From: Octopus bimaculoides
Lineage: Eukaryota
Direction: 5' to 3'
DNA length: 64,000 nt
Assembly: GCF_001194135.2 (NCBI RefSeq)
Contig: NC_068981.1
Span: forward strand, 176,944,561 to 177,008,560
Each line of letters begins with the position of its first letter. The stretch's first letter is position 1. Shown one piece after another: positions 1-12,357 of the stretch. Under the pieces are notes generated by a model that made no database searches, was not told the origin of the DNA, and saw nothing but the letters and a program-made list of their open reading frames with translations. The position numbers were made by a program, and so were the translations under genes.

Positions 1-45
1 TGGTGGTTATCTACACCTTATGCAGAGTTTGACCACCTCCTGCAC

Positions 46-410
46 CTACGCCTTAGCACCATCATGGCATTTGATGTGGCTTTTTAAACCAGACAATATT
101 CTGAAAAGACACCCACATAGATTGCACCTCCGATTTAGACCAGCAAGAGCTGCAGATATGTTCTGTTCTTTGTGGATCTTAAAATGTCTTTTGAGGTCTC
201 CGTTGGATTTGCAAACCTTCTGGTATACACTGCATTCAAGGGTGTGCACAGAAATATAAGCAAAATAATTGGTGGAGGTTTGTTTTCCATGCATTCACAG
301 ATGAAATTTCAGGCCAGCAAAAGACAGGAATTGTCTGTCACAGACTGTGCACACAAAAAGGTCATTGTCATTCACCTTCTCAATATTGTTACATTCTTCC
401 TTAGATCTCT
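46..410 (-). mobile_element. Decayed LINE (RTE-like) ORF C-terminus with three C2H2-type zinc fingers
   Basis: Track ORFs 295..603 and 46..294 are in one frame, split by a single TGA at 295-297 (probable CGA>TGA). They read FVCTVCDRQFLSFAGLKFHL*MH, LECSVYQKVCKSNGDLKRHFKIH and RRCNLCGCLFRILSGLKSHIKCH. The S-x-x-GL-x-x-H motif resembles the terminal finger of RTE LINEs. A host ZnF pseudogene is not excluded. Confidence 0.6.
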
Positions 411-514
411 TTTGTGATATATATGTGAATGTGTGTATGTGCGTGTATGTGTCTGTTTGTTTGTGTACATGTATGTGTGTGTGTATTATATATATATATA
501 TATGTATATATGTG

Positions 515-582
<68 letters not shown>

Positions 583-953
583 TACACATATCACATTATA
601 CAAAGGTGTCTATATGGTTGCTAGGCATGCTAGAAGTACCAGCCAATTTTCCTTCCTCAATAATGGTTGTGAACGAAAAAAAATTTTTTTTAAATTATGG
701 TTAAAGTTAGATTAAATTCAATAAAGTTAAGACAAATTAAAGCATTTTCTTGTCTTATTTGGATTATATTTTACTTTTCGCTAAACCCATACAATGGATT
801 CATCTTCATAAAATCACAAATTTTCTACACATGAAGAATTTTGGTATTTGTCTGGAATCCGACAGTGCTGAGGGCCTAGAGTGCTGCACTGGAACTACTC
901 TATTCTTCTATCCTACCTGGGCCTCAGATAAGTATGTGTGTGTGTGTATACAT

Positions 954-1117
954 CACTACCGTAGCTAAAGGAGGCGGAGGGTGCTGTCCTACCCGGGCAG
1001 CACTTTTATGGGAGCAACACTACTTTTGGGTCTACTGTAGGCCATATGTATTTTCGTGGGACCCCGGAGCAAACTGAAGGGCTGCTTTGAGCCGTACACA
1101 CTCTAGCTACGCTAGTG
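954..1117. mobile_element. hAT-type MITE (164 bp)
   Basis: 17-bp TIRs CACTACCGTAGCTAAAG (954-970) and CTCTAGCTACGCTAGTG (1101-1117) match at 15/17. Flanking 8-bp TSD is GTATACAT / GTATACAC. Confidence 0.75.
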
Positions 1118-1689
1118 GTATACACATGCACACATACATATATTCCATATTTATTTGTGTATAAGTCGCATTGTTTTATACAAGTAAAGGCATGCATATG
1201 TATATTTGGTAAACCTAGATAAACTTAGATATGTTTCGACCAAAGATTGATCCAGGCCATGTCTAACTTAATAGCACTGTATGTATGTGTGTACCTTCTC
1301 TTTCTCTTTTTCAATTTTAGAGGAAATTTTGCCCGACTACCTACTTGGTAGCAAGGTTGTAAAAGAAAACATCTTTTAGCCATCATCATTTAAATCTTAA
1401 GAAAGTCTTACAGATTTTTTCAGTTCCAGATATTGTGACCATTAGTAACGCATGAATTCAGGATTTGCATTCTCTTCCCAAGATCCCAAGTTCGACCATA
1501 CTTTGCTCCAGACGGGCTGGTATGTATCCTATTGCTCCAATGGGGTCACCAGTGTAAATATATTATGATAGTTGTCATAGAGACTTTAGTCTCTCTCTAT
1601 CACCTTTCAACAGCATTTTATATATGAAGAGACATTAGAACAATTAACAACATATTAAAAAAGGTTTTATTTATGATGGTGCTTGGTTT

Positions 1690-2130
1690 CACAATTCCTA
1701 TCATTCAGCTTAGCAGCCACTGATTCAGTTGTGGTTTGGTATTGAAAGGTTAATGGCTTCCTTGATGCCTGCCAGAGAACAGTGTAAAAGAGCTTCGTGG
1801 AGGAGCAAGGTGTTGTCACGTCGAAGGTCTCAGGCTCAACTCGCTAACAAAGTGAAACTCTCTCTTTAAGTACGAGTTTTACTACGCATGTGCAACTCGA
1901 GGGGCTTCCGGTGGTGAAGTCCCCTGCGCATGCGCAGAATAGTACTTCCTCAATGGCGCCTATAATTTCGCGCCACTACAGAAGTATATGTAAGCAAAAT
2001 TTATATGTAAAATTTAAGCAAGCCCTTGAAAATGCACCATCAGTAAATGCGAAAGGCATGGTCTGCAATATCTGCGGGCATCTATGTTTATAAAGGGCTT
2101 GACTCATTAGTCACCAGCGAAGCAAAAAGT
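1690..2130 (+). mobile_element. Highly decayed RTE-like LINE 3' end with terminal zinc finger
   Basis: 2061-2123 reads VCNICGHLCL*RA*LISHQRS, i.e. the C-x2-C...SRAGLISHQR pattern with two nonsense changes. Upstream LPENSVKELRGGAR resembles the RTE post-RT region. Confidence 0.45.
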
Positions 2131-2425
2131 GTAAAGTATAGATATGAGTGCACAGTGTTCTTGGTGGACAGTGATCGTCTGCCTCAGTCACAAATGGACA
2201 ACCATTATATGTGTGTGTATTATTGTGTGTGTATATATATATGTACATGCTTGAGATGTGAAGTAAATAGACAGGCGACAACTGATGAAGGGTCCTTTCT
2301 CTGTTTTCCATTTTTTTTTTCATTGTTTACGTATTTCACGCGTTTGTTTACGTATTTCATACTATTTGCACCATTGGTGACATTATTTATTATTTAATTG
2401 AACCTGACACATCCAGTTCCAAGTC

Positions 2426-2460
<35 letters not shown>

Positions 2461-2490
2461 TGCACATACACGTTTCTACATACATACATA

Positions 2491-3473
2491 NNNNNNNNNN
2501 NNNNNNNNNNNNNNNNNNNNNNNNNNNNNNNNNNNNNNNNNNNNNNNNNNNNNNNNNNNNNNNNNNNNNNNNNNNNNNNNNNNNNNNNNNNNNNNNNNNN
2601 NNNNNNNNNNNNNNNNNNNNNNNNNNNNNNNNNNNNNNNNNNNNNNNNNNNNNNNNNNNNNNNNNNNNNNNNNNNNNNNNNNNNNNNNNNNNNNNNNNNN
2701 NNNNNNNNNNNNNNNNNNNNNNNNNNNNNNNNNNNNNNNNNNNNNNNNNNNNNNNNNNNNNNNNNNNNNNNNNNNNNNNNNNNNNNNNNNNNNNNNNNNN
2801 NNNNNNNNNNNNNNNNNNNNNNNNNNNNNNNNNNNNNNNNNNNNNNNNNNNNNNNNNNNNNNNNNNNNNNNNNNNNNNNNNNNNNNNNNNNNNNNNNNNN
2901 NNNNNNNNNNNNNNNNNNNNNNNNNNNNNNNNNNNNNNNNNNNNNNNNNNNNNNNNNNNNNNNNNNNNNNNNNNNNNNNNNNNNNNNNNNNNNNNNNNNN
3001 NNNNNNNNNNNNNNNNNNNNNNNNNNNNNNNNNNNNNNNNNNNNNNNNNNNNNNNNNNNNNNNNNNNNNNNNNNNNNNNNNNNNNNNNNNNNNNNNNNNN
3101 NNNNNNNNNNNNNNNNNNNNNNNNNNNNNNNNNNNNNNNNNNNNNNNNNNNNNNNNNNNNNNNNNNNNNNNNNNNNNNNNNNNNNNNNNNNNNNNNNNNN
3201 NNNNNNNNNNNNNNNNNNNNNNNNNNNNNNNNNNNNNNNNNNNNNNNNNNNNNNNNNNNNNNNNNNNNNNNNNNNNNNNNNNNNNNNNNNNNNNNNNNNN
3301 NNNNNNNNNNNNNNNNNNNNNNNNNNNNNNNNNNNNNNNNNNNNNNNNNNNNNNNNNNNNNNNNNNNNNNNNNNNNNNNNNNNNNNNNNNNNNNNNNNNN
3401 NNNNNNNNNNNNNNNNNNNNNNNNNNNNNNNNNNNNNNNNNNNNNNNNNNNNNNNNNNNNNNNNNNNNNNNNN
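2491..3473. other. Assembly gap (N run)
   Basis: N run. Other gaps are at 13958-13978, 14621-15184, 16081-16252, 20252-20822, 24964-25116, 34207-34909, 47317-47416 and 51872-51965. Confidence 1.
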
Positions 3474-4577
3474 TTACCGAATTTCGTGGTTCTAATCTAG
3501 CAATTGATTATAATATCTAACAGAAAATTGTGAGTAAAAACAGAATAAAACTTCTTTAAGCATGTAGTAACCTTTTTTTTTTTTTTTTGTGATGAGTGAG
3601 AGAAAATTCGAAAAGTCAACTGGCAACAAAATATTTCAATTAACTATCTCTGATAGGAATTTTATCTTGCAAACCAAATACAAAAACGAAATTAGAAAAC
3701 ATTATTTGGTATTTGTTTATTTATTTTTTTATCCCATCTAAGCGGTCGGTGGTCGTTGGTACTGTTGTCATCATCCTCGTTCTATGTAGGGGTCCTGAAC
3801 GGTATTAAATTATAGCAGGGCGCTTCTCAAAATTGATAGAAGCTGTTGGATTGCTAGAAATAACAAACTATGAGCTCGTTGTTACCCCCAGTGCTCTGAA
3901 AAGACTTTGCTGTTGTCTGTCCTTATCTTTGTGGGTCGACAGGGACGTTTGAAAGAGGAAAGCTCTTTATTGAAGGCTGAAATCTCTCAAAGTATCCTTG
4001 TTTTCACCCTTGACCTTAAAAAGCCAGCGTAATTATTTTTGTTGGACGCCAAGTGACAGTTAATTTTAAATAGACCCTTTAGCTCTAATGGGTGGCGGGA
4101 GGCTGCAAATTATGAGAACTCATGGCAGTAACAGCTGTGACTAGAGTTATCTACTAGCCCGTGGGCTACGCTATGATCACTTAAAGTGAAAGATTTATGT
4201 ACATTCTAACCAAATGAATGTAGGTGGTTGGCTGGACTGGTCATCTGTTGTTGCTGAGATCAAAAGAATTAGTGTCCAAAGGGAATAGAAAGAATTAGCT
4301 ATAACAACGATCATATAAAAAAAAAAAGCAGCTACTGATGATAAATTAATCCCTTTGTTAACAATTTCTGTTGAAATATACAGTCGTTGCTTCAATTAAT
4401 TTAGAAAATAAAGAGTTTATTAGAATAATTTTGCCATTATAAAGATGGTATTTGACACATAATATACGCACAAACGTGGCTGTGTGATAAGAAGCATGTT
4501 TCCCAACTTCGTGCTTCCAGATTCAGCTCTGCTGTGTGGCATCTTGCCTTAGTATCTCCTACTATAACCCCGGCTGC

Positions 4578-5142
4578 AAGATTTTTTTCCCAAATCCCAG
4601 TAATGAACTCATTTGCATACAGCCAATCAGAGCTCACCTTGACCTTGTTAAGTTAACAAACACACTACCAAGTAAACTCAAGACGAAGAGCGGTGTTGTA
4701 AGTCGACTGATCGTCAAATTATGCCTGATTTTAGAAGGAGACAAGTAATTAGATAGATTTGCATCTATACCTATTATTGGATTTTGTTAGGACCCCATAT
4801 GGTAAAGATGTGGATGGGAAAATGTGGGTGGAGGGTGATATGCTAGCAACTCTCTCCCCTTACTGTTTTATGAAGTAAACAACAACAAATAACTATGCAG
4901 AAACAAAAACAAGCTTTATTAAAAGAGAAAAGGGATCTTTTTTAAAACGGGGGCCACATTTTTCATTAATGTTTTACGTAGTGTTTTTGGTACCGAAAGA
5001 AGCATGGTCATTCCTTACCCAAGTGACCTTATCTTGTCACCCATCACTTATGCGCTCATAAATTAGTTTGATAGTTGAGCTCTGATTGGCTGTATGCAAA
5101 TGAGCTCTTAACTGGGGTCCAGAACTCTTGTGGGAAAAATAT
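4578..5142. mobile_element. Foldback/MITE-like element with long subterminal inverted repeats
   Basis: Perfect 29-bp inverted repeat CTCATTTGCATACAGCCAATCAGAGCTCA at 4608-4636 and 5076-5104, with imperfect extension outward (TTTTTCCCA...CCAGT). Superfamily not assigned. Confidence 0.65.
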
Positions 5143-5160
5143 TTCACACACACACACACA

Positions 5161-5440
5161 CCCCGGGCCGACCAAAGCCTTGTGAGTGGATATGGTAGAC
5201 GAAAACTGAAACAAGACCATCGTGTGTGTGTGTGTGTTTGCCCACCACCAACACTTGTTGATGATGTTAATTTGTTTATGCCCTTGTAACTTTGCGGTTC
5301 AGCTGAAGAAACTGATAGAATAAGTACCTAACTTAAAAAAAAAAAACCTGGGGACGATTTGTTCAACTAAAAACCCTTCAAGGTGGTGCCCCAGCATGAC
5401 CGTAGTCAAATGACTGAAACAAGTGGAAAATAGAAGATAG
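5161..5440 (+). mobile_element. SINE family A, 5'-truncated copy
   Basis: GGGCCGACCAAAGCCTTGTGAGTGGA...GATAGAATAAGTAC...CCAGCATG...CAAATGACTGAAACAAG matches the copies at 7074, 28395 and 51556. Confidence 0.85.
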
Positions 5441-5789
5441 AATTTTGTTGAAAGGTTTTAATTTTACATTAATTTAAAGCAGGGAGTTTGTACCTTAGAA
5501 ATAGGGGCAGTTTCAGGCATGTTAGTTTCAAAAGAGTTAATGCTAATGGAGGATCAAGTATTAATATGATTTTTTTTTGTGGGGGGGTCAAGATGTTTTT
5601 CTCCTTAATTTAGTAATCATCAAATAGTTTCTGGACATAATATAAAGGAAGTGTCCTAATATTGCATCTATGGTGAAGACTAATGCCAACTAAAGAATCA
5701 AATATATCAGTGCACTGCTCAGAGACAGTGTGTGTGTGTTTGCATGTGTGTGTGTTTGCATGTGTGTGTGTTTTCATGTGTGTATGTGT

Positions 5790-6172
5790 CTTTTATCTTC
5801 TACTTGTTTCAGTCTTTAGATGGTGGCCATGCTGGGGCACCACCCTGAATAATTTTTAGGCGACTGTATTGACTCCAGCACTTATTTTTTAAAACCTTGG
5901 TACTTATTCTATCGATCTCATTTGTTGAACTGCTAAATTACAAGGATGTTAACCAACCAACATCAGTTGTCAATTGGTGTTGTGCGGACAAACAGGTACA
6001 AAGACACACATATATATAAATATATATACAACAGGCTTCTTTTAGTTTCCATTTCCCAAATTCACTCACAAGGCTCGAAGCTATAGTAGAAGACATTTGC
6101 TCAAGCTGCCATGCAGTGGGACAGGTCCCTAAACCATGTGGTTGGGAAGCAAGCTTCTTACCATACAGCCAA
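5790..6172 (-). mobile_element. SINE family A, diverged near-full copy
   Basis: Reverse complement of family A, from the tail (CTACTTGTTTCAGTC) to the head (CTTACCATACAGCC). Confidence 0.85.
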
Positions 6173-6339
6173 GTTTTATATAAATTGTTTCCTTAAAGGT
6201 GAATAATCTAAAGAGATGGTTGTATCCACTTGAATTTATTCCTGGTATATTACTGGTATCAATTTTCCAAACTCTGAAACAAAATAAAAACAAAATCACC
6301 CTCTGTAAGTTTGAAGTCAGAACATGTGATCATGCAAAG

Positions 6340-6668
6340 CAGTGGTTTCTCAACCGTTTTTTGCCTATGGACCTCTTTGATTCCTATGTTACTCTACAGG
6401 ACCTCCATAGCCATTCAATGTATATTAAAAAAAAATCTTACTGTATTTTTATAATTAAATATTATTAGAAATTGCATTTAAAAAAATTCAAATATTTTGT
6501 GTAATATTAAAATTTTTCAGCAATTTATTGCACATAAATTTTACCAACAAAATTTTATATGGACTCTCAAGAGTCAAGAGGACCCTCAAGGGCCATTTGG
6601 ACGCTTAAGGGTCATTTGGACCCCACCTCCCAACCAACAGCTGGTTGGCTCCTAGTTGAGAAACACTG
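6340..6668 (+). mobile_element. hAT (Charlie-like) MITE
   Basis: TIRs CAGTGGTTTCTCAAC / GTTGAGAAACACTG. The body is homologous to 30088-30476. The TSD has decayed. Confidence 0.75.
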
Positions 6669-6968
6669 GTCAAAATATTCCTGAATCAAAAGTTAATCTA
6701 AAGAATCACTAAATCAGAGTTTAAAATCTCCCAGTGAAGCACAGCAGAGATTTCACTTGAATACATGTGGTATCACTCAAAATATACATTGTAGTGATTG
6801 TTCAATAATAGAAGTCAGTTAGTACATATTAATTGCAGCAATAATTGTGTTATTCAATAACATCTTTATGAGAACTAAATGATTTATATAGAGTACGAAA
6901 AGAAAAAGAAAGAGAAGACATGGGTTCTTATACTGAAGCATTAATTTTTTCTGCATACATTGATGCAA

Positions 6969-7495
6969 GAGTGGTCATGTGGTATGAAGTTTGCTTCCCA
7001 ACTATTGATATATGGTTCTGGGTTCAGTCTTACTATGTGGCATGTTGGGCAAATGTCTTCTACAATAGCCCCAGACATGGCTGTGTGGTAAGAAGTTTGC
7101 TTCTGAACCATATGGTTCAATCCCACTGCATGGCACCTTTGGCAAGTGTCTTCTACTATAGCCTTGGGCTGACCAAAGCCTTGTGAGTGGATGTGGTAGA
7201 AAGAAACTGAATTTGGTGGACAGAAGCAAGCACATTGTGTATGTATGTATGTATGTATATATCTATGTGTGTGTGTGTGTGTTTGTTTCCCTTCCCCCAC
7301 TGCCATTGCATGACAACTGATGCTGGTGTGTTTGCCCTGTAACTTAGTGGTTTGTCAAAAGACTCTGATAGAATAAGTACTAGGCTTACAAAGAATAAGT
7401 CCTGGAGTCAATTGTTTCAGCTAAAAACCCTTTAAGGCAGTGCTCCAGCATGTTCGCAGTCAAATGACTGAAACAAGTAAAAAAATAAAAGAATA
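6969..7495 (+). mobile_element. SINE family A (tRNA-derived) with tandemly duplicated head
   Basis: The head (GTGGT..TGTGGT...GGGTTCAGTC...GGCAA.TGTCTTCTAC) occurs at 6969-7073 and again from 7074, followed by a complete body and tail. Confidence 0.85.
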
Positions 7496-7770
7496 TAGCC
7501 CCAGGCTGGCCAAAGCTTCGCAACTGGATTTTGTAGTCAGAAGCTGAAGGAAACCCAAGGAACAAGGTTTTGCATCCAAAGATGCTAGCATTTGAGGTGG
7601 CATGCAATTGGAAACATTGATGTCTAAGGGAGAGAGAATAAAAATTGAATAAGTAACATTGCATTTACATGGAGAGGAATTTACAGAGAACATATAAGTT
7701 ACTCATAAGTATGATCTTTTTGCAAATCATATATTTTTTGGCTGCCAGGCATTTTGATCTTCATACTGGC

Positions 7771-8075
7771 ACTTGTGCCGGTGGCATGTGAACAAAACAT
7801 TGGACTGACTCCTGTGCAGGTGGCACGTAAAAAACACCATTTGAGTGTGGCCGTTGCCAGTACCGCCGGACTGGCCCTCGTGCAGGTGGCACATAAAAAG
7901 CACCTGCTACACTCTTGGAGTGGTTGGCGTTAGGAAGGGCATCCAGCTGTAGAAACTCTGCCAGATCAGATTGGAGTCTGGTGTAGCCATCTGGTTCACC
8001 AATCCCCAGTCAAATCGTCCAACCCATGCTAACATGGAAAACTAACATTAAATGATGATGATGATGATGATGATT
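7771..8075 (+). mobile_element. Retroposon family C ending in (GAT)n
   Basis: GTTGGCGTTAGGAAGGGCATCCAGCTGTAGAAACTCTGCC...CAACCCATGCT..CATGGAAA...GATGATGAT. Orientation is taken from the (GAT)n tail. Confidence 0.9.
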
Positions 8076-8090
8076 CATTTGTTCCATGAA

Positions 8091-8325
8091 GGCACATGGT
8101 CTAATGATTAGGCTGCTGCACTCATGACCGCTAGATCATAGGTTCAATTCTCTGACTGGGTGGCACATTATGTTCTTGAGCAAAACACTTCATTTTACAT
8201 TGCTCCAATCTCCTTCCAATCAGTGGGGGAGGATGTTGGTCTGCTCACCTAGCCAGTGGGGTGGCATCATTTGAAGGCTAAAACAAGGCAAAACAGATCG
8301 TGACGTCAACCACATAAATCACATG
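8091..8325 (+). mobile_element. SINE family E (tRNA head + conserved core), diverged
   Basis: A/B-box-like head (GGTTCAATTC) followed by TTCTTGAGCAAAACACTTCATTTTACATTGCTCCA. Confidence 0.65.
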
Positions 8326-8487
8326 ACATGATTTGTTTGTTCCAGGTAATGTTGTTGATCTGAGATTCCTCATTCTTCTGATTTCAATCTCTAGGTCCTT
8401 ATATTTGCTCAATTTCTTGAATGCTTTCAGAAATGGCTTTTTTTCTCAGCTGGGACTGCACCATCAATCAGTCTTTTCAATATTATG

Positions 8488-8808
8488 GCTTCGTGGTTAG
8501 GGGTATTCGGCTCATGATCATAAGGTCGTGAGTTCAATTCTCGGCAATGCGTTGTGTCCTTGAGCAAAACACTTTATTTCATGTTGCTCCAGTCCACTCA
8601 GCTGGTAAAAATGAGTTGTACCTGTATTTCAAAGGGTCAGCCTTGTCACACTCTGTGTCACGCTGAATCTCCCCAAGAACTATGTTAAGGGTACATGTGT
8701 TTGTGGAGTGCTCAGCCACTTGCACGTTAATCTTACAAGTAAGCTGTTCCATTTATTGTATCAGCTGGGACCTTCGTCGTCGCAACCAACGGAGTGGTCC
8801 AATTGGTC
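8488..8808 (+). mobile_element. SINE family E (tRNA head + conserved core)
   Basis: GTGGTTAGGG..GAGTTCAATTC head, core GTTGTGTCCTTGAGCAAAACACTTTATTTCATGTTGCTCCAG, and a tail shared with 59195-59567. Confidence 0.85.
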
Positions 8809-9539
8809 ATTCAATGACTCACAAATATATTCCATCCTCTGACCCACAGGTCTGCTGTTTCTTCTCTCTGTCTTTTCTATTACTTCTATAATGACCACCA
8901 TTCCTTGGAGTTGGCTGTCTCATGCCTCAACCACTCAGGTGAACCTCCAACCCATCTGTCTTTCCAATTTTTATCAGTCTTGTCACACTGAACCTCACCG
9001 TCAGTCCCACCCACACTAACCACTATCCCCAGTTCTTCTTCTCCAGAACATCAACCTTCTGGAATCTTCTTGCTCATGTTTTTCCAGCAAGAGTTGACCT
9101 GCAATAGTTTAAATGGGACATTAATGAAGTTTGAATACATTTCCTCTAATTGGAGATCCAGTTGTTCATCAAAGGGTTTTGATATTTGTGTTAATTAATG
9201 TGTATAGTCAATTAGTGTCAATTAAATCCTTATATTGAAGTACAGCATTAAAATACGAATTTGGTGTTTGACACCATTCTGACTCTGTTTTGTCCTTCAT
9301 AGAATTGAACAATAAAGGAATCACTTAAGAATTCACTCAAAAGTAATAAAATAATCATTAAATCTACAATAGTATCCCTAAGGGCTAATCAATTAAAATA
9401 TATTACTTAATTGCTATTACTTATTGATATATTTCAAAAGAGCAGAATAACAACTGCATCCTTAATTGGTGACTTAGTATGATGCATTTAAATTCTGTTT
9501 GAAAATTTATGATACCCTCTTTGAATGAGAAAACCAACA

Positions 9540-9650
9540 TCACAGAGAATTCTGTGATATGGCCTCAGCTTTCTCAACATCATCATTCTCAACCAAGAAC
9601 TGCATGGCGCCAGTTTCTTTCTTTTGCATTAAAAGATTACCCACACCCAC
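9540..9650 (-). CDS. Candidate terminal coding exon of an unidentified - strand gene
   Basis: Acceptor TTTCCTTCAG. Only phase 0 is open: VGVGNLLMQKKETGAMQFLVENDDVEKAEAISQNSL*. Confidence 0.4.
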   Translation of the reverse strand: MGVGNLLMQKKETGAMQFLVENDDVEKAEAISQNSL

Positions 9651-10789
9651 CTGAAGGAAATTCTAGTACAAGTTTTGAATGATAACTGAAGAATATTACA
9701 CATATTAATTCCAAGCCATTCACTTCATTTTTCTTGATGTGTGATATAGCTGGAAAGCCATTTTCTTCAATTTCTTCCACACTCTCCAGTCATTTATTCA
9801 TTTTTTATACTTAACTTAAACAGTCCACTAAGATGTCTACATCCTTAAATGATTGATTGAAAGAGAAACTGCCCTTTTGTAGCTGTTGATGCTCACACTT
9901 CAGTAAACAACTTCTGTTAGTAAGTATGTTGTTTTCCTATTCAGTTTAGCTTCTTGTGATAGATAAAGTCAGCTTGAACAAGATGAATGAATGGTATCTT
10001 TTGACTTGCAGACAAATGGCATTACTATGTTACTCTACTCTTGTCAACACACTCCCTGCACTATTTATTGTATGTAAGCCGGTGCACTTAACAGTTTTGC
10101 ACAAATCATTAACACTTCATATTGTTATGTACTCATCCATTGAGGTCATGTAGCCATATTAAATCATTGAATCATTGTGGTTTCCTATGGCAATGAATAA
10201 TTATAGCACTTTAAATTGTTCTGGTCTTATATCATTCTATAGTTTTGGTGATGTACAAATATCAGTATAATTCTACATCTTTCCAGAACATGGTAGCTTG
10301 TGACTACAATATCATGCTTGTTTAAAATTGTAATGCATTTTAGATACACTGTGACTGTACTGTACTGTGGTAGTTGATGACTGTACCATATCTTAGTATA
10401 TCATGATTGTATCATGATAGTTCAGAACTGTACTGTATTCCAGTAGTGAATGACTGTACAGTATCTTGGTTTATCATAAGTTCATAATTATATTGGATTC
10501 CCTAAAACTCTGGAACTCCCAAACCAGAGTTCTACTGGATGCAGTTCATGTCTTGAAGATTTAACTGTCTACCAAAATGTAATACTTCACACAATAGCTG
10601 CTCACTTTAATGATATGTGATTGCTATTCAATGCACCAACAAAGTTTTGGCTTTTCATATTTTACCTAATAACACTGTGTAACACGATTTTTGTTCTTGG
10701 GTAGCAACTTTTATTTTATTTTTGTTTACCCGTAGAAAGTATGAAAAATGGCTGATATTTCCTTCAAACTTACTTTGTGTTACATTTGT

Positions 10790-10950
10790 TTAAACCCTAA
10801 GGAATCTCTCTCAGCACATGGCCATGATTCTCCCCAACTACTCCTGCTCATGATCAGAGACGCACATATTGTCAGCCACTAAGGGACATGCTCAAGTGGT
10901 TAAGGGCAATCAACTGACAAGCAAATCTGTGGTCTTGTGCAGAATATTTG
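10790..10950. repeat. Interspersed repeat fragment (probable SINE body)
   Basis: GC-richer block (CACATATTGTCAGCCACTAAGGGACATGCTCAA...CTGACAAGCAAATCTGTGG) that I recognise as repeat-like. No second copy in this window. Confidence 0.4.
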
Positions 10951-11199
10951 CAATATTTTTGCTTCAGTAATTCAGTGCTGAATCTGTCTGAAATGTAATG
11001 GAAAATTGGCCGGTTTCAAAACATTGGTGTCCAGGTCATAAAATCAAAGTTTGAAGGGAATAGTAGTCATTTCCTTTGATTTCTAGATAGAAGCAAATAG
11101 GAAATAACACTTACTAACCAAAGACCCAAAAAAAAATTATTTTGTTACACAGTGTAATGTCATGTTCTTTCTACTGTGCCAAGGTCTCAAACATGGAGC

Positions 11200-11600
11200 T
11201 GACATTGGGGACTGGGTTAAGCCAATTCACTTCATTTATGCTGCTAATCACCTCACCTTCATTATCAGACTGGGTGATATGCCCAGACCATTAAGTCATA
11301 TTAATCTTTTGATAGCTGAATATCTCATCTGCACATACCATATGAATACAAATCATAGCAGTAGTTTGCTAAATGAATTGGCTGATCCTGGCCATTGATA
11401 GTTTGTTGACTGTTCATATGCTCAGCATCTGGTGATACTTGCCATTGACTCAATAAGTTCATCTGCCAAAATGGTTCATATCTACCATGATGTACCTCAT
11501 AATTTCAGCATAACCCTGGCTCAGGTGGTTACCAAGTGCTAAGCTTTGCCAAGGGGACACCTGCAATTTGGCCCAGGGCTGTTTATTCCCATATTCACAG
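11200..11600 (-). mobile_element. Decayed LINE reverse-transcriptase C-terminal fragment
   Basis: The - strand reads KINMT*WSGHITQSD, resembling the RLRWxGHVxRM motif. Multiple stops. Confidence 0.35.
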
Positions 11601-11718
11601 CACTGGATTCCATTTACCCATAGCTGGGGCCCTGACAAGTTTTTGATTTCTATATATTGAATCTTCTAAGTTAGGAGGGACATAACAAAAACAACACCAG
11701 TTTTTAGACTGATATAAA

Positions 11719-11760
11719 TGTACTACTATGGATCACAATTGTACTACTATGGATCACAAT
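11719..11760. repeat. Perfect 21-bp tandem duplication
   Basis: TGTACTACTATGGATCACAAT x2. Confidence 0.95.
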
Positions 11761-11952
11761 TGGCCTGGGAGCAATAGTGGTTAGAGATGATTCCACATTC
11801 CTCAAAACGTTGGGACTCCCAAATCAGGACCTCACTACATTTGACCTTTGGCCCCTTTTCTCATCCAACACATACGATAGTTCCAATAGCCAAGACAGGA
11901 TGCATACTGTGTACTGTGTAAGTGGAATTTGGTTGACAGAAACATTGTGGAA

Positions 11953-12186
11953 GCGGAAAGCTGGCAGAAGCGTTACCCCCGTTGGGCGAAATGCTTAGTG
12001 GTATTTCGTTTGCCGTTACGTTCTGAGTTCAAATTCCACCGAGGTCGACTTTGCCTTTCGTCTTTTCGGAGTCGATAAATTAAGTACCAGTTACGCACTG
12101 GGGTCGATGTAATCGACTTAATCCATTTGTCTGTCCTTGTTTGTCCCCTTTATGTTTAGCCCCTTGTGGGCAGTAAAGAAATAGGA
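11953..12186 (+). mobile_element. SINE family B, young copy
   Basis: AGCTGGCAGAA.CGTT...GTTCTGAGTTCAAATTCC.CCGAGGTCGACTTTGCC...GTCGATAAATTAAGTACCAG...AAAGAAATAGG. CpGs retained. Confidence 0.9.
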
Positions 12187-12357
12187 AACTGTGTGGAAGC
12201 CCATTGCATATGTGTATATTTGTGTGTGTATGTTTGTGTGTATGTGTGTGTGTACCTATTTTTACATTTATATCAGTCTAAAAACTGGTGTTGTTTTTGT
12301 TATGTCCCTCCTGACTTAGAAGATTCAATATATAGAAATCAAAAACATTTACCAGAC

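Noticed and set aside
2282-2310. CTGATGAAGGG, resembling the 5' half of a hammerhead
   Set aside because: No stem II partner or GAAA follows.
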